Shown piece after piece: positions 9,187-16,383 of a DNA stretch of 32,000 nucleotides. The notes below the pieces were generated by a model. That model was not told the origin of the DNA. It worked only from the letters and a program-made list of their open reading frames with translations, and made no database searches. Made by a program: the position numbers and the translations under genes. Source of the stretch: Micrococcus luteus NCTC 2665 (GTDB lineage Bacteria > Actinomycetota > Actinomycetes > Actinomycetales > Micrococcaceae); assembly GCF_000023205.1 (NCBI RefSeq), contig NC_012803.1, forward strand, positions 1,020,001 through 1,052,000, read 5' to 3'. Position 1 is the first letter of the stretch. Each line of letters opens with the position of its first letter.

Positions 9187-9828
9187 TCAGGCCTCGTCGT
9201 CCCCGTGGTCACCGTCGGGGCCGTGCTCGTGGTCCGCGTGGTCGTCGGCGTCGTGGCCGAAGGGGTCCTCGTCGGTACCGGGCAGCCACGTCACACCGGG
9301 CACGTTCAGTCGCTCGGCCCGCTGCGCGCGCTTCCAGCGCCGCTGCCACTTGCCCTCGAGCCGGTTGACGTAGAGGGTGCCGTTGAGGTGGTCGTACTCG
9401 TGCTGCATGATGCGCGCGAACCAGCCCTCGGCCTCGAACTCGAACATCTCCCCGTCCACGCGCTGGCCGGACAGGCGCACGCGGGTCGGGCGCTGCAGGG
9501 GGAAGCCGAGCCCGGGCACCGAGAGGCAGCCCTCGGTGTGCTCGTCCGGATGCGGGTCCTCCCGCGGGGCCTTGTCCAGGTGGGTCAGCACGGGGTTGAT
9601 CACGTGGCCCACGTTCGGCGCGTCGCCGGAGTCCGGGAACGTCCACGTGAAGATCCGCAGCCCGACCCCGACCTGCGAGGCGGCCAGGCCCACGCCGTGC
9701 GCGGCGTCCTGCGTCACGTACATGTCCTCGATCAGCTCGCGGATCTCGTCGTCGATCACCTCCACCTCGGCCGCGCGCCGGTGCAGCACGGGCTCGCCGT
9801 AGACGGTGATGGGACGGATAGAGGCCAT
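9187..9828 (-). CDS. def: peptide deformylase with an Asp/His-rich C-terminal tail
   Basis: From ATG at 9828: MASIRPITVYGEPVLHRRA. The three deformylase motifs are present: GVGLAASQVG, EGCLSVPG and QHEYDHLNG. The track start at 9951 adds 41 Arg/Pro-rich residues, which I consider spurious. Confidence 0.9.
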   Translation of the reverse strand: MASIRPITVYGEPVLHRRAAEVEVIDDEIRELIEDMYVTQDAAHGVGLAASQVGVGLRIFTWTFPDSGDAPNVGHVINPVLTHLDKAPREDPHPDEHTEGCLSVPGLGFPLQRPTRVRLSGQRVDGEMFEFEAEGWFARIMQHEYDHLNGTLYVNRLEGKWQRRWKRAQRAERLNVPGVTWLPGTDEDPFGHDADDHADHEHGPDGDHGDDEA

Positions 9829-9922
9829 GGCACTGCGCTTCCCGGCCCGGGCTGCGGGCCTGCGTGGGTAGGGGGACGGGGGAGTCCCCAGCCTACCGCC
9901 GGCGACACCACGACGACGGCGG

Positions 9923-10699
9923 TCATTCCGCGGCAAGGGCCTCCAGCGCATCCGGGTCCAGCAGCGTCACCCGCGGGCCCTCGATGGCGATCAGGCCGTC
10001 GTCGGCGAGGCGGCGCAGCCCGCGGCTGAACGCTTCGGGGGTGGTGCCCAGCAGCGAGGCGACGTCCTTCTTCGGCGCGGCCAGCACCACGACGAGATCG
10101 GCCTCGTCCCGGAGGGCCGGCAGGCCGAGCAGATGTCCGGCGATCCGCGCGGTGACAGGCTGACGCTCCCAGGCCAGCCGTTGTTCAGCCTCGGCCAGGC
10201 GGACGGCGAGCGTCCGCATCACGCGTCCCCCGATGCCCGGATGCTCGGCCAGGAGTCGGGCGACCTCGGCATGGGAGAAGGTGCACAGGCGGGTCGCGAC
10301 CAGGGCGCGCGCCCCGTGCCGGGCCGGCTCGCCCGTGAGGAACTCGTGCTCGCCCACGGAGTCGCCGGGCTCGACCATCCGCACCACGCGTTCCCGGCCG
10401 GTCGCTGAGCCGAGCGTCAGCGCCAGGCGACCGCTGTGCACGACGCACAGGCGGTCCGTGCGGTCACCGGCCAGGTGCAGGGCATCGCCGGCCTCGAGCA
10501 CGAGCGGCCGCGCCAGGGCGGAGACCCGGCGCAGCTGCTCCAGATCCAGCCCGGTGAACAGCGGGACCCGGGCCGCGCACGGCTCTGGTTCATCCACGGG
10601 GGCGAGGGGCAGGTCCATACGCACGCCATCAGCCTCCCACACGGCGGCTTGACCGCGGTCAAGGCGGGCCCGCCGTCCCCTTCGTAGCGTCAGTGACAT
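9923..10699 (-). CDS. Crp/Fnr family transcriptional regulator
   Basis: A cNMP-binding-like beta-roll is present (VPLFTGLDLEQLRRVSALARPLVLEAGDALHLAGD...LCVVHSGRL...GDSVGEHEFL). A C-terminal HTH follows (KKDVASLLGTTPEAFSRGLRRLADDGLI). An alternative start is ATG 10618 (MDLPLAP). The gene is divergent from the copZ-ATPase pair. Confidence 0.8.
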   Translation of the reverse strand: MSLTLRRGRRARLDRGQAAVWEADGVRMDLPLAPVDEPEPCAARVPLFTGLDLEQLRRVSALARPLVLEAGDALHLAGDRTDRLCVVHSGRLALTLGSATGRERVVRMVEPGDSVGEHEFLTGEPARHGARALVATRLCTFSHAEVARLLAEHPGIGGRVMRTLAVRLAEAEQRLAWERQPVTARIAGHLLGLPALRDEADLVVVLAAPKKDVASLLGTTPEAFSRGLRRLADDGLIAIEGPRVTLLDPDALEALAAE

Positions 10700-10787
10700 C
10701 CCCGGAGGACGGGGATCGGACCGGGCACCCGCCCCGTCCGCTCAGCCTCATCGGCGGCCGCGCCGGTGACGACCCACAGGAGTGACC

Positions 10788-11015
10788 ATGACCGCCACCA
10801 CGCACACCCTGCTCCGCGCCGAGGGCTTCAGCTGCCCCTCGTGCGTCCGGAAGATCGAGAAGGCCCTCGACGCCCTGCCCGGCGTGACCGGCGCGCAGGT
10901 CCACTTCGAGACCCAGCGCATCGAGGTCGACCACGACCCGCAGACCACCACTGCCCAGGACCTCGTCGAGGCCGTCGCCAAGGTCGGCTACACCGCCCGG
11001 CCGTCGGCCTTCTGA
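10788..11015 (+). CDS. copZ: heavy-metal-associated (HMA) domain metallochaperone
   Basis: MTATTHTLLRAEGFSCPSCVRKIEKALDALPGVTGAQVHFE contains a CxxC metal-binding loop in a ferredoxin-like HMA fold. AGGAG lies 6 nt before ATG 10788; the track start is 10782. Confidence 0.8.
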   Translation: MTATTHTLLRAEGFSCPSCVRKIEKALDALPGVTGAQVHFETQRIEVDHDPQTTTAQDLVEAVAKVGYTARPSAF

Positions 11016-11047
11016 CACCGCCCCGCCCCCGACGAACGGAGTCCGCC

Positions 11048-13042
11048 ATGTCCACCCCCGCCGTCACACGTCCGGGCCGCCCTCGTGCCCGGTTCGCGTT
11101 GTCCCGCCGCTGGCGGCGCCCCGTGGTGGCCGGCCTGCTGATCGCCGTCTCGCTCGTGCTGGCGCCCGAGCAGCTGGCCCACGGGACCGGACACCTCGTG
11201 GCGGCGGGCCTGATGCTCGCCGCCGCCGTCGTGGCCGGCCTGCCGATCGCGCGCGACGCGATCGCCGCCCTGCGGGTGAAGACCGTCGGCATCGACCTGC
11301 TCGTCGCCACCGCCGCGATCGGCGCGTCCCTGCTCGGCAATTTCTGGGAGGCCGCCGCCGTGACCTTCCTCTTCGCCCTCGGCCACGCCCTCGAGGACGC
11401 GACCCTGTCTCAGACTCGCTCGGCGCTCGCGGACCTCGTCTCCACGGCGCCCGAGACCGCCGTCGTCGTGGACGCAGACGGGACCCAGCGCACCGTGCCC
11501 GCCCACGAGGTGGCCCCCGGCGCGACCGTCCTCGTCAAGGCCGGCGCCCGGGTGCCGGTGGACGGCGTGGTGCTCACCGGGGTCGGCGCCGTGGACGAGG
11601 CATCCATCACGGGCGAGTCCATCCCGGCGGAGAAGACCGACGGCGACGCCATGTACGCGGGCACCGTCGCCACGGCCGGCCTGCTGCAGGTGCAGGCCCG
11701 GGGCGTCGGCGCCGACACCACGCTGGCGCGCATCATCCACCGCGTCGAGGCGGCGCAGGAGGCCCGTGCGCGGACCCAGCAGTTCATGGACCGCTTCTCC
11801 CGCTGGTACACCCCGGCGATCATGGTGCTGGCCTTCGCGACCGGCCTGATCACGCGGGACGTCCCCCTGGCCCTGACCCTGCTGGTCATCGGCTGCCCGG
11901 GCGCCCTCGTGATCTCCATCCCGGTCGCGATCGTGGCAGGGATCGGCCGCGGCGCCAAGGACGGCGTGCTCATCAAGGGAGGGGAGTTCCTCGAGCGCTC
12001 CGCGAAGGTCGACGCCGTCGCCGTCGACAAGACCGGCACCCTCACGTCGGGCACCCCCGAGCTGACAGACGTCGTCGCGTTCGAGCCCGGGGCCGAGGAC
12101 GAGGTGCTGCGCTGGGCCGCACGGCTCGAGGCGACCTCGGACCACCCGCTGGCCGCGCCGGTCGTCGCGGCGGGCCGGGACCGCGGCCTGCTGGACGGCC
12201 CGCTGGCCACGGATGTGGACGTCGTCCTCGGCCGCGGGCTCACCGGAGAAGTGGACGGCCGCGTCGTCGCCGTGGGCAACGTGGCGATGCTGCGCGAGCG
12301 CGGCGTGGATCCGGCCGCGACCGACCGGGTCGAGACCGTCGCGGCCGAGCTCGCGGAGGCGGGCCGGACCCCGGCGGCGGTCGTCGTCGACGGCATCCCG
12401 CTCGGCGTCCTCGCCATCGCAGACACCCTCCGGCCCGAGGCCGCGGGCATGATCCGGGCGCTGCACGGGATCGGCGTCCGCGAGGTCGTGATGCTGACCG
12501 GCGACCAGCCCGGCGTCGCGCAGGCCGTGGCCCGGCAGGTGGGCGTCGACGACGTGCGGGCGGGCCTGCTGCCCCAGGACAAGCTCGAGGCGATCGAGGC
12601 CCTGCAGGCCGAGGGCCGCGTCGTCGCGATGGTCGGTGACGGTGTCAACGACGCCCCGGCCCTGGCGACGGCGGACATCGGCGTGGCCATGGGTGCGGCC
12701 GGCTCCGGCGTGGCCATCGAGACCGCGGACATCGCCCTGATGGGCGACCGGCTCGAGCGGCTGCCGCAGGCGCTCGATCTGGCCCGGCGCACGGTGCGGG
12801 TGATGCGGCAGAACATCGCGATCTCCCTCGTGACCGTCGCGGCCCTGCTGGCCGGCGTCTTCGCCGGCGGCGTCACGATGGCCGTCGGCATGCTCGTGCA
12901 CGAGGCGTCCGTGCTGCTGGTCATCGTGAACGCGATGCGCCTGCTGCGGCGCCCGGGTCAGCCCAGGTCCACGACCTCGAACTCGAGCAGGTCGGCGCCC
13001 GTGGCGACCGGCGCCGGGCGGCCGCCCTGCTCGGCGGCGTGA
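11048..13042 (+). CDS. heavy-metal-translocating P1B-type ATPase (no N-terminal HMA domain; TM6 motif is CPG)
   Basis: In-frame ATG at 11048 within track ORF 10766..13042. Motifs seen: TGES, DKTGTLT, HP in SDHPLA, GDGVNDAPAL. The transmembrane motif reads VIGCPGALVISIP. Metal specificity cannot be determined from this sequence alone. Confidence 0.88.
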   Translation: MSTPAVTRPGRPRARFALSRRWRRPVVAGLLIAVSLVLAPEQLAHGTGHLVAAGLMLAAAVVAGLPIARDAIAALRVKTVGIDLLVATAAIGASLLGNFWEAAAVTFLFALGHALEDATLSQTRSALADLVSTAPETAVVVDADGTQRTVPAHEVAPGATVLVKAGARVPVDGVVLTGVGAVDEASITGESIPAEKTDGDAMYAGTVATAGLLQVQARGVGADTTLARIIHRVEAAQEARARTQQFMDRFSRWYTPAIMVLAFATGLITRDVPLALTLLVIGCPGALVISIPVAIVAGIGRGAKDGVLIKGGEFLERSAKVDAVAVDKTGTLTSGTPELTDVVAFEPGAEDEVLRWAARLEATSDHPLAAPVVAAGRDRGLLDGPLATDVDVVLGRGLTGEVDGRVVAVGNVAMLRERGVDPAATDRVETVAAELAEAGRTPAAVVVDGIPLGVLAIADTLRPEAAGMIRALHGIGVREVVMLTGDQPGVAQAVARQVGVDDVRAGLLPQDKLEAIEALQAEGRVVAMVGDGVNDAPALATADIGVAMGAAGSGVAIETADIALMGDRLERLPQALDLARRTVRVMRQNIAISLVTVAALLAGVFAGGVTMAVGMLVHEASVLLVIVNAMRLLRRPGQPRSTTSNSSRSAPVATGAGRPPCSAA

Positions 13043-13263
13043 GCGGCGGGCATGCGCCCGTCCCGCCAGCGCTGGAAGTCCTCCTCCGACGCCCACGTCG
13101 TGACCACGAAGTAGCGGTCCTCGCCCGCCGTGGGCCGCAGCAGCTGGAAGCCCTCGAAGCCCGGCTCCTGGTCCACCGCGTGCTTGCGGGCGGCGAACCG
13201 CTTCTCGAGCTCCGGGCCGGCGCCCTCGGGGACGCTGATGGCGTTGATCTTCACGACGGACAT
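12958..13263 (-). CDS. heme-degrading monooxygenase-like ABM-domain protein (MhuD/IsdG family)
   Basis: From ATG 13263: MSVVKINAISVPEGAGPELEKRFAARKHAVDQEPGFEGFQLLRPTAGEDRYFVVTTWASEEDFQRWRDG...PVATGADLLEFEVV. From memory this is nearly colinear with mycobacterial MhuD. The track start at 13455 adds an implausible Arg-rich leader. Confidence 0.75.
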   Translation of the reverse strand: MSVVKINAISVPEGAGPELEKRFAARKHAVDQEPGFEGFQLLRPTAGEDRYFVVTTWASEEDFQRWRDGRMPAAHAAEQGGRPAPVATGADLLEFEVVDLG

Positions 13264-13417
13264 GGGCAGAACTCCTCGTCGGCGGGGGTGCGGCGTCGGG
13301 TCGACGCCCTCACCGGCCGACTCTACGCCCGGCAGCGGACCGGGAGTCCGTCGAACGGTTGAGGCCCGGCGGCGTCGCACCTGCGACGCTGGGCCGTGGG
13401 GTCGGCCGCCGGGGACC

Positions 13418-13579
13418 CCGCTCGCCATCATCGCCGACCTGCACCTGGACCTCACCGACGCGCAGTGGGTGAACAGCCTCTACGCCGTGCTGCTGGCCGC
13501 GCTGCTGCTCTCTACCGGCAATCTCGCGGACCGATGGGGTCGCAAGCGGCTCTTCCTCGCAGGGTCCGCGCTGATCGCC
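13418..13579 (+). pseudogene. 54-codon relic of an MFS (DHA2/EmrB-like) transporter gene
   Basis: PLAIIADLHLDLTDAQWVNSLYAVLLAALLLSTGNLADRWGRKRLFLAGSALIA matches the TM2-loop-TM3 region, including the MFS motif A (G-x-L-A-D-R-x-G-R-K-R). No TM1 lies upstream in any frame. Similarity stops abruptly at about 13580. Confidence 0.6.
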
Positions 13580-13705
13580 CCGTATCCGCGCCGCCCTGCG
13601 GCACAACACCCCCTTTGTTGCTACCGTTTCGGTGTCCACTTCCACGCAACAGCGGGTGTCCGAGGTCGGTTGTTCCCCTTGGCATCGCACCGCAGATTGG
13701 TCGCC

Positions 13706-14314
13706 ATGAACGACATGCACTCGCTGGGCCTACTGATCGCCTCAGCCCAGGAGCGGAACGGCTGGTCCCTCCGCGACCTCGCTGCCCGCGCCGACCGCGC
13801 GGGGTACGACTTGAGCCACGCCAGCTTCGCGCGGCTCAAGTCCACCCCGGTCACCTCGATCAAGGGCGAGAACATCACGATGCTCGCGCTCGTGCTGAAG
13901 GTGCCCGTGGCCCACGTGGCCACCGCAGCGCTGGAGTCCATGGGAGTGGAGCTCGACTCGGCTCTTCACCCGTCGGTCCTCGACGTCGTTCAGGAATCCC
14001 CTGACCTCTCGACGTATGACCAGGAGCTGCTCACCGCAGTCCTCCGGGTCATGCTCGACCGCCGTAGGACGGACCACCATGACGAGCACGACCACCCAGA
14101 CCAGCACCAGGACCGCGAGCGCGGCACGGCCGAGCGCGGGGGAGCGCGCGGCGGTGACGCTGGCGCTGGACAGAAGACCGCGGTGGCCGGTGCGCCGGCC
14201 GACTTCGATCTGGCAGCACACCCCGACTTCGAGCTGACCCGCGACCGGCAGGCCCGGGAGTGGGGCGACGTCGGCGAGGAGAACCAGGACCCGGGCGACG
14301 AGGCCGGCGCATGA
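13706..14314 (+). CDS. XRE-like helix-turn-helix protein with an acidic/His-rich C-terminal half
   Basis: In-frame ATG at 13706 in track ORF 13130..14314. The N-terminus MNDMHSLGLLIASAQERNGWSLRDLAARADRAGYDLSHASFARLKS...ITMLALVLKVPV resembles an HTH_3/31 domain. The stop overlaps the tcmP start as ATGA (14311-14314). Confidence 0.65.
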   Translation: MNDMHSLGLLIASAQERNGWSLRDLAARADRAGYDLSHASFARLKSTPVTSIKGENITMLALVLKVPVAHVATAALESMGVELDSALHPSVLDVVQESPDLSTYDQELLTAVLRVMLDRRRTDHHDEHDHPDQHQDRERGTAERGGARGGDAGAGQKTAVAGAPADFDLAAHPDFELTRDRQAREWGDVGEENQDPGDEAGA

Positions 14315-15519
14315 GCGCCAACACGAACTTCTTCACGTCGCAGCAGCCCGCCGCGGTCTTCAAGCTCAAGGTGCTGGAGGACTACCTCACACCGTGGGCC
14401 ATGAAGGTTGCTAGCAAGGCCCCTCGGGAGGTGGCCTATGTCGATGGCTACGCCGGCGCGGGGCAGTACGACGACGCGCACAAGGGGTCGCCGCTCTACG
14501 CGGTGGACATCGCACGCAAGCTTGCAGCGCAGAACCGCATCATGCACATCCACCTCGTGGAGCGAGATAGGGCTCATGCGGAGACCCTCCGGCACGCGGT
14601 CGCCGCGCAGGGGCAGGGGGCCGGTCCCGTCTATCTGCACCACGGCGCCGTGGAGGAGCAGATCGACGCGATCCTCAACGACATCGGCACCCGCCCAGCT
14701 CTGTTCTTTCTCGACCCGTTCGGCACGGCCCTGCCGTACGACGTCGTCGCCTCGAAGCTGCTCCTGCGGCCAGCGCGGTCGACCGAGGTCCTCTTGAACT
14801 TCAGTCTCTCCACCGTGTGGCGCATCGGAGGGATCGTCCGGAAGGGAGCCTCCGCCTCAAGTGGCGAGACCGTCACCCTCCTCCGCGGTGACCGTTTTCT
14901 TGGTGGGCCGTGGTGGCGGGAGGTCTTCGCTGAGGCTCGGCGGCAGGCTGACGTGAGTGGCGACAGCTCCTCCGCCGCTACAGCCGCCTCCTACGTGGCG
15001 CGCGAGTACATGCAGCGCATGACCGGAGAGACCGCCCACAACGTCATCTCCGTCCCAATCCGCCGGACCCCGTCTGAGGGGCCGATCTTCACGCTGATGC
15101 TCTTCTACCAGCACTTCGCTGCGCCCATGCTCTTCGCTGACGCCGCGGCTCGGGCTCACAGGAAGTGGCGGCAGGTCAACTCCGAGAACTACTACCAGGG
15201 ACTGCTCGACGACACCCAGGGGTCGCTCTTCGACCTGCAGGAGACGTTCGACCAGCAGGTGGTCGCAGAGCAGACCGACGTCAGAAACCGGGCCATCGCC
15301 GCTATCCAGACGAGGCTCTCGTCTCACCTCGGTCAAGGCCAGGCGGTGCGGATCTGCGACGACGTGCCCCACTGGCTAGGCGAACACCTCGGCACGGCAG
15401 GCGCCTCAGAGGTACGGCAGGCCATCAAGAATCTCCAGAAGGCCGGGATCGCCCAGGGCTACACCAAAGACATGGTGGATGGGCGCGCGGTCATCCTGCC
15501 AGCGCGGCGCGGGAGGTAG
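14311..15519 (+). CDS. tcmP: three-Cys-motif partner protein TcmP (methyltransferase-fold-like)
   Basis: MSANTNFFTSQQPAAVFKLKVLEDYLTPWAMKV...VAYVDGYAGAGQY...GSPLYA...ALFFLDPFG follows the TcmP family pattern as I recall it (TIGRFAMs tcm_partner). A PF07505 gene sits directly next to it. The ATG at 14311 is in frame within track ORF 14260..15519. Confidence 0.7.
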   Translation: MSANTNFFTSQQPAAVFKLKVLEDYLTPWAMKVASKAPREVAYVDGYAGAGQYDDAHKGSPLYAVDIARKLAAQNRIMHIHLVERDRAHAETLRHAVAAQGQGAGPVYLHHGAVEEQIDAILNDIGTRPALFFLDPFGTALPYDVVASKLLLRPARSTEVLLNFSLSTVWRIGGIVRKGASASSGETVTLLRGDRFLGGPWWREVFAEARRQADVSGDSSSAATAASYVAREYMQRMTGETAHNVISVPIRRTPSEGPIFTLMLFYQHFAAPMLFADAAARAHRKWRQVNSENYYQGLLDDTQGSLFDLQETFDQQVVAEQTDVRNRAIAAIQTRLSSHLGQGQAVRICDDVPHWLGEHLGTAGASEVRQAIKNLQKAGIAQGYTKDMVDGRAVILPARRGR

Positions 15520-16246
15520 GCATCTCGTCCCAGGTGCGCCCCTCCAAGAGCCGCCCGTTGGCCTTAGGCGTCCGCCCACCCCACTGCTTGAAGAAGAACG
15601 CCACGTCGGCAGACACGCATTGGTCGCGGATGTCCTCCACCCAGGCCTGGTCCATGGGGCGATGGTTCGCACCAGACTCGCCGCCCGCGATGACCCAGTC
15701 GATGCCGGCCAAATCCAGATCCCGCAGGGGTCCGATGAGGGGCTCGCAGGAGAGGAACCGGACCGCTGCCGGCACCTCGCGGAGATGGTCGATGCGGCCC
15801 GTCACAGTCTCGTCCTCCACGGAGACGCCCATCCACAAGTTGGCCGGCCAGTCGAGGCGATCGGCTAGACGGGCCATCCGCAGTGAGCGCTTCGTCAGCG
15901 CCTGATATGTGTGCTGCGGCGTCTCGCGCATGACGTCGAAGATGTCCCGGATGAACCCCAACGGAACTTTGGCGTGGAAGAGATCGCTCATGGAGTTCAC
16001 GAACACCACGCGCGGGGCCTTCCACGAGCGGGGCTGGCCCAGGGCCTTCGGATGGAGGGTGACGCCAAACCCGGGGCCGGACGTCACCGGGTTCCCATCG
16101 TTCTGGTACTTCTCAGCACCCATCGCCTTGAGCCGCTTGGCTAAGGTCAGCGCGTAGCAGTTGTCGCAGCCGGCCGCCACGCGGTCGCAACCGGTCACGG
16201 GGTTCCACGTCACCTCGGTCCACTCAATCGCTGAGGTGTTCGCCAT
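15491..16246 (-). CDS. phage Gp37/Gp68 family protein (PF07505/DUF5131), three-Cys motif
   Basis: MANTSAIEWTEVTWNPVTGCDRVAAGCDNCYA shows the family's IEWT..TWNP..GC...GC..CY N-terminus, here with CX6CX2C spacing. Also present are VFVNSMSDLF, RFLSCEPLIGPL, WVIAGGESG and FFFKQWGG. GAAGGAG lies upstream of the ATG. Confidence 0.85.
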   Translation of the reverse strand: MANTSAIEWTEVTWNPVTGCDRVAAGCDNCYALTLAKRLKAMGAEKYQNDGNPVTSGPGFGVTLHPKALGQPRSWKAPRVVFVNSMSDLFHAKVPLGFIRDIFDVMRETPQHTYQALTKRSLRMARLADRLDWPANLWMGVSVEDETVTGRIDHLREVPAAVRFLSCEPLIGPLRDLDLAGIDWVIAGGESGANHRPMDQAWVEDIRDQCVSADVAFFFKQWGGRTPKANGRLLEGRTWDEMPTSRAALAG

Positions 16247-16280
16247 CGCGATCGCTCCTTCCCTGGAAGACCTGCTCCAG

Positions 16281-16296
16281 TCGAACAGATGTTCGA
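16281..16296. promoter_or_regulatory. LexA operator (SOS box), perfect TCGAAC-N4-GTTCGA
   Basis: The sequence tcgaacagatgttcga exactly matches the mycobacterial/actinobacterial LexA consensus palindrome. It lies 35 nt upstream of the Gp37/Gp68 ATG (minus strand). It also lies 88 nt upstream of the ImmA-like ATG (plus strand). Confidence 0.75.
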
Positions 16297-16383
16297 CCCT
16301 TTGTCACGCAGGCGCGCTCAGTCCACCACAGTCCAGCTCGTGCTCACCCATACCGTGTCCGTCCCCACAACGACGATGGTCGC

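Noticed and set aside
9829-9951. 41-codon N-terminal extension of def implied by the track start
   Set aside because: The extension (MRWRPLPRNDRRRRGVAGG...) is Arg/Pro-rich and not part of deformylases. The canonical N-terminus MASIRPITVYGEPVL begins at ATG 9828.
10988-13096. 702-aa minus-strand ORF, plus the 504-aa ORF at 11410..12924
   Set aside because: Both are antisense or alternative frames of the P1B-ATPase gene, whose DKTGT, TGES and GDGVNDAP motifs fix the true frame.
13264-13417. Search for the missing N-terminus (TM1) of the MFS gene upstream of the relic
   Set aside because: No frame encodes a hydrophobic helix or a start context here. The MFS segment is therefore a fragment and not an intact or merely frameshifted gene.
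13582-13601. Possible att-like repeat: gtatccgcgccgccctgcgg resembles ggatccgcgcggcgcagcgg at 19266-19285
   Set aside because: Only 16 of 20 positions match, in very GC-rich DNA. The right-hand copy lies upstream of the tRNA-His 5-prime end, which is the wrong side for a 3-prime-end tRNA integration. Chance similarity is the likely explanation.
16297-16383. Possible RecA-NDp/PafBC-type damage promoter near tttgtcacgc
   Set aside because: The TGTC core is present. However, the spacing and the required TAnnnT -10 element are not (the sequence there is tcagtc). I make no call.
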